Below are positions 25,714-40,250 of a DNA stretch of 64,000 bases, in pieces. This stretch comes from Octopus vulgaris (taxonomy: Eukaryota), in NCBI GenBank assembly GCA_951406725.2, contig OX597820.1:8680001-8744000 (forward strand). Reading direction: 5' to 3'. The position numbers and the translations under genes are program-made. The notes under the pieces were generated by a model. That model worked only from the letters and a program-made list of their open reading frames with translations. It was not told the DNA's origin and made no database searches. Every line of letters starts with the position of its first letter. Within the stretch, counting starts at the first letter, position 1.

Positions 25714-26120
25714 GGCGCAGGAGTGGCTGTGTGGTAAGTAGCTTGCTTACCAACCACATGGTTCCGAGTTCAGTCCCACTGTGTGGCACCTTGGGCAAGT
25801 GTCTTCTACTATAGCCTCGGGCCAACCAAAGCCTTGTGAGTGGATTTGGTAGACGGAAACTGAAAGAAGCCTGTCGTATATATGTATATATATATATATA
25901 TATGTGTGTTTGTGTGTCTGTGTTTGTCCCCCTAGCATTGCTTGATAACCGATGCTGGTGTGTTTACGTCCCCGTCACTTAGCGGTTCGACAAAAGAGAC
26001 CGATAGAATAAGTACTGGGCTTACAAAAGAATAAGTCCCGGGGTCGAGATGCTCGATTAAAGGCGGTGCTCCAGCATGGCCGCAGTCAAATGACTGAAAC
26101 GAGTAAAAGAGTAAAGAGTA
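25714..26120 (+). mobile_element. tRNA-derived SINE family A (representative). Others at about 6960-7120(-), 9789-10141, 30377-30780, 31669-31830, 36068-36473, 54664-55047(-), 56064-56447(-), 62924-63322
   Basis: ggcgcaggagtggctgtgtgg A-box, ggttcagtccc B-box, internal (TA)(TG) tract, (gagtaaaa)n tail. Confidence 0.9.
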
Positions 26121-28246
26121 ATGATTTTAATGAGAGACTTTGCTTTTGAAGTAGTATTACTTAAGTGTGTCTCAAACTTCAACATTCGCAATGCTGGTCA
26201 GCAAGGCATTGGAAGTGAATGAGATCGCAATAGCACCACACCTGACCAGGACATCATTCTATCACAGAGTTACACGTTTACGGCTCAGCGAACAGCAGCA
26301 ACAGGAAAGGAAGCATTTTACTCCAGAACACAACACACGATTCAGAACAGGAATTATAACAAGGATCTAATGATTGCCTCTGCAACACGCTGAGCACCTG
26401 GCGACACCACTGCAACTCTGAAATACTAATATTACCATAGCTGATGTTGAAACTGTTATGTAGCTGGTTAATGTCAACTTTGAAGTTAATCCTTACTTTC
26501 AAATTGAAGGCAAGGACCAACACTTACAAGATCCAGGTAGGGGTATTATAAACTGTATGGAAAGCTGGCAGAAACGTTAGCACACCGGGTGAAATGCTTT
26601 GCGGTATTTCGTCTGACGCTACGTTCTGAGTTCAAATTCCACGAAGGTCGACTTTGCCTTTCATCCTTTCGGGGGTCGATTAAATAAGTACCAGTTACGC
26701 ACTGGGGTTGATATAATCGACTTAATCCGTTTGTCTGTCCTTATTTGTCCCCTCTATGTTTAGCCCCTTGTGGGTAGTAAAGAAATAGGTATTTCGTCCG
26801 TCTTTACGTTCTGAGTTCAAATTCCGCCGAGGTCGACTTTGCTTTTCATCCTTTCGGGGTCAATAAATTAAGTACCAGTTACGCACTGGGGTTGATATAA
26901 TCGACTTAATCTGTTTGTCTGTCCCCTCTGTGTGTAGTCCCTTGTGGGCAGTAAAGAAATAGGTATTATAAACTGCGAGATGGTTTCAACTTTGCTATGA
27001 ATGGTCTCTCAACAGGTTCCAGTTTTCTTCTACTAAATTTCTGTGGTCAGCTCAAAGTCTGCGGGAAGAAACGCTTGCGTGCACGCGCATGTGTGACAGG
27101 TTTCTACAGTGTCTCTATCACCCAAAATCACTCCCAATAGGCATTAGGCTAAGGTATCACCCAATGCGTTTGAACCGATAGCAAAGCAAACTTCTTACCC
27201 ACAAAGCCATGCCCAAACATTTCATAAATAATTAATTTTTGTTTCATTAATGTCACTATCAACTTATTGTTTGGATCATAAGTCAACAAAATATTCTCAT
27301 AAAAAAAGTGTACATCTAAATATGAACATTTTAAGAGCGAGTTTTCTATTAAGCAACCAGGTGTTTTCTAAACTAACTTGATACTTATCTTAAGTCACGC
27401 CTGGTCATACAGGTGATGAATGCCAGGGGTAAACACAGACACAAATACACGAGGACTCTCCAGCACATCATTGGTGCCCTAAATGCAACTGTAATATTAC
27501 AGTTAATAAGATAAGGCACACAAAAACCCCAGATAAGCTAAAACACTGAGGTTCAGTTTACATCAATGAACCTAAAGATAACTATGTTCCTTCCATTTCT
27601 GATCTTCATCTAGAAATGATCATACTTAATGACATGTTAATTATAAGCTAATTAGATAACTTTGAGGGTATTTATAACTAATGACACAAATTGGAAAATC
27701 AAACACAGAGATTTTATATACTATGTAACAGTATTACAACATGCCTATTTCTTTATTACCCACAAGGGGCTAAACATAGAGGGGAGAAACAAGGACAGAC
27801 ATAGGTATTAAGTCAATTAGATCGACCCCATCCGAAAGGATGAAAGGCAAAGTCGACCTCGGTGGAATTTGAACTCAGAATGTAACAACAGACGAAATAC
27901 GGGTACGCATTTCGCCCGGCATGCTAACAATTCTGCCAGCTCGCCGCCTTCAAACAGTATTACAACATACCACTGGTTGATTAGAAACCACAGTTTTCTA
28001 AATATCCAGGCATTTTTCTCTAAATCTTGTGGCATATCTGCAAACTGTAAGTGGCACCAATGGTCATAAACATCTCCACTATAATATGAATGTACCTGAC
28101 CAGCTGTGTGAGTGCTCTACACAGTACTAACGCCCCACACAAGTAAATGAGAGATGATTATGGAGCAACAGCAAAATTCAGATTAGATGACATCACTCCT
28201 AGAAAAGATGTGGTTAATTCTACAATACGGAGACAGGATATACACC

Positions 28247-28277
<31 letters not shown>

Positions 28278-28572
28278 GTATGTATAGGAGCACTCTGTCA
28301 CTTACGACGATGAGGGTCCCAGCTGATATGATCAACAGAACAGCCTGCTCGTGAAATTAACATGCAAGTGGCTGAGCAATCCACAGACACGCGTACCCCT
28401 AATGTAGTTCTCAGGGAGATTCAGCGTGACACAGAATACGATAAAGCTGGTCCTTTGAAATACAGGCTGAGTGAACTGGAGCAACGTAAAATAAAGTGTC
28501 TTGCTCAAGGACACAATGCATCGCCAGGAAACGAACTCACGACCTTACAATGGTGAGCTGAATACACACACA

Positions 28573-30005
28573 CACAGAGAACCACACTAATAGCTTAGAA
28601 ATGAAATTTAGGATGTCTCGGTTTTCTGTGAATCGGTTTTGATAAAACTTTTCCCAGCTGCTTTGCACATTATGCCAACACCATTGTTATGATTTCATTA
28701 TTCTGTGTAAGGTCCTTTTCCTTTCTTTTTTATTTCAGATTTTTCAGTCTTTCGGTGAACCACGCTAATAGCGTCACTCCTCTCTAAGAACAATGTGACG
28801 TGGAAAAGGCCTTAACAATGGAGAAAGGTCTGTCATCATCAAGGAAAGTGCTAAAGACACCTCTCTTCATGTCATTGCAGAAAAGTTAGGTTGTAATGTG
28901 GACGCAGCCAATTCCTGAAGGACCCTTCGCCAAAGACGAAACGATCCGATTGTGGGAACTCCAAGACTGATGGCTAAGGATTTAAGGAACATTGGCTGCA
29001 AGTTATGTGGGAAACCTGGACAAACAAGCAAAGCCATTTTCCCCACCTCCAGAAATCACATCCAAGGGACAATGCGAGGATCCCTGAAACTGCTTCATCA
29101 CGGGAGTTTGAGGCTTCAATGGGCCCCCATAAGTATATGACAGTTGTTGTCTTCTGTTCACTGACGAAACCAGAGCGACCCTTGATGTACCTGATGGCTG
29201 GGTCTATTTTGGAGATGAGAGTCACCAATGTTTACAATGTCAACAACAGAGTGGAAGAGTCATGTTGTGGGCTGGTATCATTAGGGACAGACTTGTTGGC
29301 CCCAGTCAGGGTTAAAGTGACTGTAGCCACCTACTGCAATCTCCTGAAAGATGTCTTGGGTCCCTGGCCAGATGACATACTGCTTGTCACTTCTAAGCAA
29401 TCTCATATTCATGCATGACAACACTCTCTCCCACTCTGCTAGGACCACCCAAATATTACTAGGGTCTTATGGCATACAACGTGAAAGGTTGATGATGTGG
29501 GCGCCAGCGTCTCCAGATCTCTTCCCTATTGAAAATCTTTGGTCCATCATTAAACACGATGTTTATGCCGAAGGACGCCAACTTATGTCGAAAGATGTCT
29601 TATGGGTGATCATCAAAGCTGCAACAGAGGCAGTGCAACCTGCTAATATTAAGAAATTGACAGATTCCATGACTAAGAGGGTTTTTGAAGTTATGCGTCA
29701 AACTGGCAATCATGTGGCTAAATAATTACATTATGTCAATAAATGTTACGATATTATGCTTCTCTGTTAAATATACACCCAATGCCTGCTAAATATGTAT
29801 CATTACATTCAAAAGCTATTACCGTGGTTCACCCAAAAACTGAAGAATCTGAAATAAAAAAGAAAGGACGTCACACAGAATAATCAAGACATAACAATGG
29901 TGTTGCCAGAGTGTGCAAAGCAGCTGCGAAAAGTTTTACCAAAATCGATTCACAATAAACTGAGAAATCCTAAATTTCCCTCCTAAGCTATTAGCATGAT
30001 TCTGG

Positions 30006-30008
<3 letters not shown>
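28573..30008 (+). mobile_element. Tc1-family DNA transposon, DD37E type, with ~200-bp TIRs, defective
   Basis: LFTDETRATLDVPDGW and FMHDN-...-SPDLFPIENLW with 37 residues between D and E; inverted arms 28573-28772 and 29815-30008. Confidence 0.9.
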
Positions 30009-30062
<54 letters not shown>

Positions 30063-30885
30063 CGCGTAAAAGCACCGTCCGTTCGTGGCACGTAAAAGCA
30101 CCATCCGTTCGTGTACGTTGCCAGCATCGCCTGGCCCCGTGCCGGTGACACGTAAAAGCACCATCCGTTCGCCAGCTCTGTCTGGCACCTGTGCAGGTGG
30201 CACGTAAAAAACACCCACTACACTCACGGAGTGGTTGGCGTTAGGAAGGGCATCCAGCCATAGAAACACTGCCAGATCTGACTGGGCCTGACGAAGCCTT
30301 CCAGCTTCACAGACCCCAGTTGACCCGCCCAACCCATGCTAGCATGGAAAGCGGACGCTAAATGATGATGATGATAGGCGCAGGAGTGGCTGTGTGGTAA
30401 GTAGCTTGCTAACCAACCACATGGTTCCAGGTTCAGTCCCACTGTGTGGCATCTTGGGCAAGTGGCATCTTGGGCAAGTGTCTTCTACTATAGCCTCGGG
30501 CCGACCAAAGCCTTGTGAGTGGATTTGGTAGACGGAAACTGAAAGAAGCCTGTCGTATATATGTATATATATATATATATATGTGTGTGTGTTTGTCCCC
30601 CTAGCATTGCTTGACAACCGATGCTGGTGTGTTTATGTCCCCGTTACTTAGCGGTTCGGCAAAAGAGACCGATAGAATAAGTACTGGGCTTACAAAAGAA
30701 TAAGTCCCAGGGTCGAGTTGCTCGATTAAAGGTGGTGCTCCAGCATGGCTGCAGTCAAATGACTGAAACAAGTAAAAAAAATATATATATATATACACGC
30801 GCACACACATGTATATACATGCAGACAATGATGATGTATGCATGTCTCACAGGCCCACACCTTACACACCCTCAGAGTTGGCACA

Positions 30886-31620
30886 TTCTGGTATAGTCAT
30901 GTGTTGCGTATCGATGAGGACAGGAGCGTGAAAAACTGTCACACTCTAGCGGTAGAGGGAACCTGTGAAAGAGGTAGACCCAGGAAGACTTGGGATGAGG
31001 AGGTAAAGCACAACTTTCGAATGTTGGGCCTCATGGAGGTGATGACAAGTGACCGAGACCTTCGGAGGTATGCTGTGCTTGAGAAGACCTCTCAAGCCAA
31101 GTGAGACTGTAACTGTGGCCCATGCCAGTGCAGCATAACTGGCCCCTTTAAGAGTACCCTTCAGTCATTGGGCAATAAATTGTGCTTGAGAAAACCTGTT
31201 GAGTCAAGTGAAGTCATTGTCGTGGCCAATGCCAGTGCTACCTGACTGGTTCTCATACCAATGGCACATAAAAGGCACCATTCGAACGTGGCCATTATCA
31301 GCGCCGCTTGATTGGCTCCCGTGCCAGTGGCGTGGCCGTTGTCAGTGCCAAGTGACTGGTTCCTGTGCCAGTGACATGTAAAAGCACCACTCAAGCATGG
31401 TCAATACCAGTACTACCTGACTTGTCCTCATGCCAGTGGAACATAAAATGCACCCACTACACTCTCGGAGTGGTTGGCATTAGGAAGGTCATCCAGCTGT
31501 AGAAACACTGCTAGATCAGATTGGAGCCTGGTGCAGCCTCTTAGCTTGCCAGTCCTCAGTCAAACTTTCCAACACATGCCAGCATGGAAAGCAGGCGTTA
31601 AACAACAATGATGATGATGA
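30886..31620 (+). mobile_element. RTE 3' fragment. Related tail-only copies at about 23455-23810, 30065-30374, 34240-34548, 39194-39500(-), 48972-49180(-), 53390-53850(-), 61715-62005(-), 62370-62667
   Basis: Shared gttggcgttaggaagggcatccagc...catgctagcatggaaagcggacgttaaa(tga)n terminus. Confidence 0.85.
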
Positions 31621-32280
31621 CACACACATATATATATAGATATGTTTACATATATATATACATATGTAGGCGCGGGCATGGCTGTGTGGTTAGGGAGCTT
31701 GCTTCCTAGCTACATGGTTTCGGGTTCAGTCCCACTGCGTGGCACTTTGGGTAGGTGTCTTCTACTATAGCCCCGAGCCAACCGGAGTTTTGTGATTGAA
31801 TTCGGTAGGTGGAAGTTACTGCCGTGTGTGTATATGTGCATATAGCTGTTCAGTGCCTCTCCGAAAGAGAGAGAGGGATAGACATATATATACACAAATA
31901 TATTTATACATGTATATATATGCAAACAAATGTATATCATCATCATTTAATGTCCATTTTCTATGGCCTGGGTTTTTATTTGTATGTATGTATATATGCA
32001 TGCATGTATGTATGTATATAAAGAGAGACTGACAGACAGATGTGGAGAGAACTTCTGGAAGAGGTAAACCCAGGAAGACATGGGATGAAGTGGTGAGAAA
32101 AGGCCTTCAGATGTTGGGCCTCACAGAGAGGAAAAGGGACCGAGACTTGTGGCAGTTTGCTTGAGAAGACCTCAAAAAAACTAAATGAAACTCTTATAAT
32201 TTCTAAATAAAATTTGACAGATTTTTTTTCCCCAAATTTCAGAGATTTTCATGGAATAAATAAAGAAAAAGAATCGCACC

Positions 32281-32308
32281 TTTATTACATTGCTGAGCTC
32301 TCTTTATT
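32281..32308 (-). terminator. Two AATAAA polyadenylation signals of eIF3H
   Basis: tttatt on + strand at 32281 and 32303, 50-75 nt after the stop, followed by a U-rich tract on the minus strand. Confidence 0.7.
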
Positions 32309-32356
32309 TGAAACATTCAACAGGGTCAACTAAGAAGCACTAAGACAGTGTAGTCC

Positions 32357-32581
32357 TTAGTTGAGATTATTGTTGACCCTTTGCAAACTGTCGGCCATGA
32401 ATAATTTCCCAAAACTATGTGAAGTGAAGTCCATTATTTGCGTACAGTAATAGTCAATCTGTCCAGCTATTAACATAGTTTCCAAACGTACCGGTGGTTG
32501 GATCGGTTTAAACAGCTTGTTAATGTCCTCTTCAGGCAACGGTGGTTCACCTTTTGCTACACGAGCATTCATTTCTTGTTG
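32357..32581 (-). CDS. EIF3H: eIF3H last exon ([26 protein letters not shown]...[18 protein letters not shown])
   Basis: tttcag acceptor; GEPPLPEED motif; total CDS 60+157+168+250+136+225=996 nt. Confidence 0.96.
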   Translation of the reverse strand, partial: QQEMNARVAKGEPPLPEEDINKLFKPIQPPVRLETMLIAGQIDYYCTQIMDFTSHSFGKLFMADSLQRVNNNLN

Positions 32582-34576
32582 CTGAAATTATAATAATAAT
32601 AATAATAATAATTCTGATTTTCACACAAGGCAAGCAATTTTGAGGAAAGGAGACAAGTCAATTTAAAATACTGCAAGGTCTTTTGCCCAGCATTAACAAT
32701 TCATCCAAGCTAACAACCTTAAGAATTGTTTCTAAGGTAAGCATGTGGCCAGAAATTTAAAGGGACAGGTTTTGCCAATTACACTGACTCCAGTATTTGA
32801 CATGTATTTTACTTCACTGACCCCAGATGAGGAGGAATGGCAAAGCAGATCACTGTGAAATTTGAACTCGGAACATAAGGCACACAGACAAGCAGCACAC
32901 ACCATTTCGTCCAACGAAATGCTTCTGCTAATCCATCTTCCGAATAACAATCACCAGCAGCAGAACTACGCTCACAGAATTATTAGTGTTGGACAAAAGC
33001 TTAACACCATTTCTACCAGCTCATCACACAGGGTTCGAATTCCACTGAAGTCAACTTTGGCTTTCACCTTCCCAGGGTCAATACAATGAGCATTAGTAAA
33101 GTATTAGGGTTGATGTAATCAAGTAGCCCTACCACAACCCTAAAATCGCTGGCCTTGTGTCAAAATGAGAATTATTAGGAAGGGCATCCAGCCGTAGAAA
33201 CCATGCCAAATAAGACTGGAGTGTGGCGCAGCCCCTCAGCTTACCAGCCCTGGTCAAAGTGTATAACCCATGCCAGCATGGACAATGGATATTAAATGAT
33301 GATGATGTTGCTGTTGAGCGTAGCGGTCTTCGTCCAGTGGGAGAAGTCCGAAACGTGGTCCTTTGCTATTCATAAGACCTGCAGAAGAGAAAGCAGGTCA
33401 ACCCCCGACACCGCATCCAGGCTCAGCGTTTGTGTAGAAAGTCGGGGACAAGAAACAGGAAGAAAGAGTGAGAGAGAAAGTTGGAGCGAAAGAGTACAAC
33501 AGGGGTCGCCACCACCAACCCCGCTGGAGCCTTGTGGAGCTTTAGGTGTTTTCGCTCAATAAACACACACAATGCCCGGTCTGGGAATCGAAACCACGAT
33601 CCTCCGACCGCGAGTCCGCTGCCCTAACCATTGGGCCATTGTGCCTCCATGATGATGGTGGTGATTCATTTTTTTTTTTCTAATTTAGGCACAATGCCTG
33701 AAATTTGGAATGGGGAGGAACTATGAATTATACTGACCCTAGTTCTTGACTGACTATTTTATCAACTGCAGAAAAATGAAAGGGAAAAACTAACCCCAAT
33801 GACATTGTAAGCACAAGACATATTGTCAGTTGTTCTACCAATGAACCATTTCTTCCTAATTTTGGAGGAAAAACAAGCAAGTCAGGAACCATCAACTATA
33901 CTGACATGCACAAATGAGCACAGATGCCCATCCTCCGACCGCACAGTCTATCCTATTGTAAACGGTTCCTTCAACCCTTTACTCTGGAAACTGCAACTTG
34001 GTTCTGTTTCTTTACATTCAGAGTTCAGATCTTGCCACAGTCAACTTTGGCTGTCATTTTCCCAAATTATTCCAAAAATAAGGACCAGCCACACTCACCC
34101 TTAAATTCACAATAACCCAATTTAAATATTAAAATTTTGGTGAAGTTTTAAGTATAAATAGTACCATTTTAATTTGAGTAGTTTCTAACGAGTAAAGGAC
34201 AGTGATTGCTATTTAAAAGGATTAACTAAATTTCTGTGTCGGTGGCACATAAAAACCACCAACCAATCTTGACTGTTGCCAGCCTCCCCTGGTACTTATG
34301 CCAGTGGCACGTAAAAAGCACCAACCGATCATGGCCGTTTGCCAGTCTCCTCTGGCCCCTGTGCCGGTGGCACGTAAAAAACACCCACTACACTCATGGA
34401 GTGGTTGGTGTTAGGAAGGGCATCCAGCTGTAGAAACTGCCAGATCAAGACTGGAGCCTGGTGCAGCCTCCATGGCTTACCAGACCCCGGTCAAACCGTC
34501 CAACCCATGCTAGCATGGAAAGCGGGCGTTAAACGATGATGATGATGAAGAGAAGGAATGTCTTGGAGAGGGTTAC

Positions 34577-34712
34577 CCTTTTGTGGAGATACTGTTGCTT
34601 GGCTTGTTGCTGCCTTTGGAAGTGTTTCTGGAACGTCAAATATTTGTTGGTGTCAGCTGCCACATCATCAACGCATTCAATCAACTGACGCAAGTTCTTC
34701 TCTAACATGGAG
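34577..34712 (-). CDS. EIF3H: eIF3H exon 5 (SMLEKNLRQLIECVDDVAADTNKYLTFQKHFQRQQQAKQQYLHKR)
   Basis: ttgtag acceptor, gtaacc donor, 136 nt, phase 2-0; frame is continuous with both neighbours. Confidence 0.93.
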
Positions 34713-35012
34713 CTACAAATAGAAAAGTAAAATGTATATAGTCAATTATTTTCTCAGTAAGGAACAGTTTCTTCAACAGCACACAATAATGCTACACACC
34801 TGGTGTAGTACAGAACACATTATGACTGACCATCGAATCTCATTTACAATACTTCACAGGATAAGAGCTGTCCCTTTAACCCTAATGTTACCATATTCCT
34901 GTTAAAATACACTTCCTTTTGTTTCAATTAATTTAAAAAATGAATTTAGCAAAATAACTTTGTCATTATTAATTTACTGGGGTTTAGAACATAAATTAAC
35001 ATGAAGCCTTAA

Positions 35013-35483
35013 CCCATTTGATACCAACCCAGCTGAAACTGCCTTTGGTTCTGTAGTACAAATGCCTTGTTTTCATAAGTTTTGAATTAAAATCTTCCAC
35101 CAAACCTTAGTCACAATTTATGTTCCTAACACTAGCTTAATGATAACTAAGTTATTTTATTAAATTCTTTGTTATATTTAAAATTAATTGAAAGAAATAC
35201 AGAGCATCTCAACAGAAATATGGTAACAAAATGGTTAAAATATATAAGAGAGAAACAATTCTTAACCCTTTTGATACCAACCCAGCTGAAACTGCTTCTG
35301 GCTCTGTAGTACAAATGTCTTGTTTTCATTAGTATTGAATTAAAATCTTCCACCAAACCTTAGTCACAATTTATGTTCCTAACACCAGCTTAACGATAAG
35401 TTATTTTACTAAATTCTTTGTTATATTTAAAATTAATTGAAAGAAATACAGAGCATCTCAAAATAAATACAGTAACGAAAGGG
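35013..35483. mobile_element. Two adjacent ~220-bp piggyBac-type MITEs (35013-35234, 35266-35483); third copy 53199-53875 with nested retroposons
   Basis: TTAA-CCC...GG-TTAA ends and shared internal sequence. Confidence 0.85.
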
Positions 35484-37384
35484 TTAATTAACATAACTTT
35501 AAAACAAGAAGTTTGTATCAGAGAACCAGGAGAGGCCTTAGACAGGTTGCTATCCAAGAATTGGTCATCAGAACTGTTGTCAAGTGTTTCACAGTAATAT
35601 ATTCACAACAGCTCTTCTGCTAATCATTAGAATTGCATTATCATGTTACAGCAGGGCTTATCCCTGTCTAAAAATTGCTAATATAAAAAAAGGTTGGTTA
35701 GTAGGTTGGTTTTTATTGTTTTTATTTTACATTCTATAGAAAAGAGAGATATATAAAGTGTGTCAACATAAAAATGGAAGAGTGTATATAGGAGGTTTGA
35801 TGTCAGGCAAAGAGTAAAAAGAAAGCTCTTGACACAGAAAAATAGTGGTGATGGAGGAGGAGGAGGAGAGGCAGAAGAGAGAAGAGGAGGAGGAGGAGGA
35901 AATAGAAGTTATGGAACAAATTAGACAAATGAGAAATTGGTTTTGATATTTTATAGTAATATTTTTCTTTTGAAATTAGAATTCATTTCATCATTTTGTG
36001 GAAACATCAACAACTCTGATAAAAAAAATTAAATAATTATTGTATATATAATAATTATATTATATACAGGAGTGGCTGTGTGGTAAGTAGCTTGCTAACC
36101 AACCACATGGTTCCGGGTTCAGTCCCACTGTGTGGCATCTTGGGCAAGTGTCTTCTGCTATAGCCCCGGGCCGACCAATGCCTTGTGAGTGGATTTGGTA
36201 GACGGAAACTGAAAGAAGCCTGTCGTATATATGTATATATATATATGTATGTGTGTGTGTGTTTGTGTGTGTGTGTTTGTCCCCCTAGCATTGCTTGACA
36301 ACCGATGCTGGTGTGTTTACGTCCCCGTCACTTAGCAGTTCAGCAAAAAGAGACCGATAGAATAAGTACTGGGCTTACAAAAAGAATAAGTCCCAGGGTC
36401 GAGTTGCTTGACTAAAGGCGGTGCTCCAGCATGGCCGCAGTCAAATGACTGAAACAAGTAAAAGAATAAAAGAGTATATGTCATATTTTCTGACATTACC
36501 CCATGGTGGCACAAGTACACTTCCAAAGTTACCCATTGTCATATCATGCTTGACATCAGAGGATTATCCATGAGATGAAATAATCTCTAGAATCCTACTT
36601 TTTTACATAGAGATTATTCTACCAAATATCAAACCAACTGTCCACAGTGAAAGAGATGTGAAATTTACCAAATGTTAACATATTCGAAGGTAAACTTCAC
36701 AAAACTGGAAATCAAATGAAATCTGCTTCACTTTTATTGATCCAAGAATATTTTTGATCTTTTATCTTCATCAAATCTCAAGAGGTTTTTACTGAATCAA
36801 TTCATTTTAGTCAAGAGAAATCATTGGACCCGCCTTTTGTTTTTACATAATCTTTTTCTGTTTGCAGGGGTTAGAGGAATCATCGAGGCATTCTTCTACA
36901 CCCACATGTACCCCTTCTTGTTGGTGACCATTACTTGTTTCTCAAATAAGAAATATCTTATTCTACACATTTTTTTCCAAGGTGCAAAGCTTGTGCATGG
37001 CCCATTAACAGGGAAGTGACAGAAATAAGACCACGTGAAGCTGAGTGATTTTCTCAGAAATGCATATGTCAGCACAGGCACACACAACAGGCTTCTTTCA
37101 GTTTCTGTCTACCAAACTCACACAAAGAACTTTTATTCAGCTCAGAGTTGTATAGTAGAAGACACTTGTCCAAAGTGCCACACGTGGTCGTAAAGCAAAC
37201 TTCCTAACCACACACTCATGTCTGTGCCTTAACCATAGTTCATTCCTCATAATAATACAAGAGTGATGATACCCATCATGACAATGGGTACCTTTACTTA
37301 TGTCCCCTTGGGTAAAAGGAAATAGGGCATACATAACTATAATTTCACTTTAATCAAATTTCTTGGTGTTTAAACAAAATGATA

Positions 37385-38700
37385 AAAATAAACCTCTGTA
37401 GCTGGCTTTAATCAACATGGAGAAAGCCTCTGACAAGGTCCCCCGCTCCCTTATCTGGTGGTCAATGCAGAAGCTAGGGATAGATGAGTGGTTGGTGAGA
37501 GCTGTACAAGTCATGTACAGGGATGCCGCAAGTAAAGTGAAGTTTGGCAATGAGTATAGCAATGAATTCAGGGTACAGGTAGGGATTCACCAAGGTTCAG
37601 TTCTCGGCCCCTTCTTGTTTATCTTACTCCTCCAGGCCTTAACAGTGGAATTCTACATCAGCTGTCCCTGGGAGCTCCTCTGCTGATGACCTTGTTCTTA
37701 CAGCTGAATCACAAACGGAGCTAGAGAAGAAATTTCAGATGTGGAAGCAAGGCCTGGTACCTAAGAGCCTTAGAGTTAATTTAGCAAAAGCCAAAGTCCT
37801 AGTAAGTAGGAGAGCAAACAAATCCCAAATCTCTTCAGGAGATGACCCAGCTCAATATGTAAGGAGGGTGTTGGTAGAAACTCAATACATTGTACCCAGT
37901 GCAAGCTTTGGACACATAAGATGTGTAGCAATATGACAGGAAAGTTAACTGAGAATAGTGTCTTTGTGTGTGGCAAGTGTGCGGGTACAATATGAGCAGA
38001 CAATAGACTGCCTCAAATGCTCAGGGGAATCTTAGAAGCAGTAGATAGCCTCTGTTACCTAGCTGACCAAGTTAGCAGTAGTGGAGGACGTCACTAGAAT
38101 AAGAACAGCTTGGGCAAAGTACAGAGAGCTTCTACATTTGTTGGTAACTCCCTCAGAGTGAATGGCAGATTGCATGGTGCCTGTGTACATACAGCTATGT
38201 TACAGGGCAGTGACACATGGGCTTTGATTACAGAGAACTTGCAAAGGCATAAAATGCTCCACTGGATGGGTAATGTCAGTGTGCACACACGAAAGAATGT
38301 AAATGATTTAAGAGGAATACTCGGTATAAGAGGTATCAGATGTTGTGTGCATGAGAGAAGGTCGTGCTGGTTTATGCATTTGGATGAGGACAGCTGCATA
38401 AAGAAATGCCAAGTCCTAATTGTGGAGGGAACCTGTAAAAGGGGTAGACTCAAGAAGATGTGGAATGAAGGGGTAAGACAGTATCTTTGGATGCTAAATC
38501 TTACTGAGAATATGACAAGGGAGCAGGAGATGTGGCAATTTGCTGTACTTGATAAGACGCATCAAGCTAAGTAAAATCGCTGTTTTCCACACAAACAGGC
38601 TTGTCCTTTCAGGTGTCAGTGCCACAGAAAAAGTACCTGTGTCAGTGCTGCGTAAACACACCTATGCCAGTGGCATGTAAAAAGCACCCAGCAAACTGTT
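37385..38700 (+). mobile_element. RTE LINE fragment (RT to 3' end), interrupted by piggyBac
   Basis: EKASDKVPR...VGIHQGSVL...; 3' UTR resumes after 40254. Confidence 0.88.
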
Positions 38701-38702
38701 AA

Positions 38703-40250
38703 CCCTTTCGTTACTAAATTTCTGACAAAAATACACTCCTCGTGAGTTTCAATTAAATTCTAAAATAATCATGAATTTAGACTAGTTTCATTAAACAGCT
38801 ATAACTTTTTTACTTAATATATTAATGTGATATTTGGAACATAATTAAAGAAAGGGCTCTTAATCAATTCTATTGCATAACTTTTGTCTCAAAGTGACTC
38901 TAATTACAGGTAAATCCGGGTAAACTGAGTAAAAGGTAAAAATATTAAAATTTTGTTTAAACATCACCATAGAAAATGAATCATCAGCTAATATTCAATT
39001 GGGTATGCAACAAAATTTTGATATAGAAGAATTGTGCACATCACTAGATCATCAGTTGAATTTAATGCACAACTGAACAGGTGTACCATAAAGGTGGAAT
39101 AAACTGAAATACTGGAATCCACCTAAATCCACTGCAAGTTTGACCGAACTAAAAAAAATTGGTCAAAAAATAATATACGGCCTTGGTTATGGTATCATCA
39201 TCATCATTTAACGTCCGCTTTCCATGCTAGCATGGGTTGGACGGTTCAACTGGGGTCTGGGAAACCAGGAGGCTGCACCAGGCCAGTCAGATCTGGCAGT
39301 GTTTCTACAGCTGGATGCCCTTCCTAACGCCAACCACTCCGAGAGTGTAGTGGGTGTTTTTATGTGCCACCGACACAAGTGCCAGATGAGGCTGGCGAAC
39401 GGCCACGATCGGATGGTGTTTGTTACGTGCCCACAGCACGGAGGCCAGTCGATGCGGTACTGGCTACGGCCACGTTCGGATGGTTTTCTTGTGTGCCACC
39501 GGCACTGGTACCACAAAGATACAAATTCCATTGATGTTCATCTATTTCAGACCACATCGTACCCTAGGCCATGCTGACTAACATTATTTTCCCTGTATAA
39601 AAACTAAATCCACAGCAGTACCCAGTATTTGCTTCACAAATTTTCCAAACTTTGATCTCCCATTTCGTGGGCTTTCTTGGCATATACTGTTTTGTTTGCA
39701 TTCTGTGTAACAGTTTGTTTCTGCAGTGATCGCTTTTAACACGCACACTGTAAAAAATAAAAGTCTAACAGTTTCGCTTCCTAAGAAAGACTATGGATAG
39801 ACCCCATCTCTTCAGAAAAATTGCTAATAAAAACATTTTTAAAGTTTTTACTTCATTCCGATGTAAAAATCGTCTTTGCTGTCGCTATCTTCAGCTTCTT
39901 CAGTTTCAGATATAGAAATATCCTATTCATTATTGTACACCACGTGCTTTTGTACCTCATTCATTCTTTTTCTCGATATCTCCCTATTTTCCGTTGAAAA
40001 ACCTTTAAATTCAGAATCACTGCTTGATAACATGAAACTCCTATCCATTTTCAAAGTTGAAAAAAAATCGATGCCAAAAAACGTGGAAAAAAATCTCCCA
40101 AAATTCACTGAGTTCAGATATCACGTCAAGCAATGTCAGATACTATAAGCCAACTATTTACAAAGTTAAATCTTGGCCAGCTATGGCCGGGTTGGTCTTA
40201 TGAACCAAAAAATTTTTCGGCCAGCTACAGCTGGGTTAGTAACAAAACGG
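38703..40250 (-). mobile_element. Internally deleted piggyBac transposon
   Basis: TTAA at 38699 and 40251; TIRs ccctttcgttact / agtaacaaaacgg; KQYMPRKPTKWEIKVWKICEANTGY..F.FYTGK. Confidence 0.88.
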
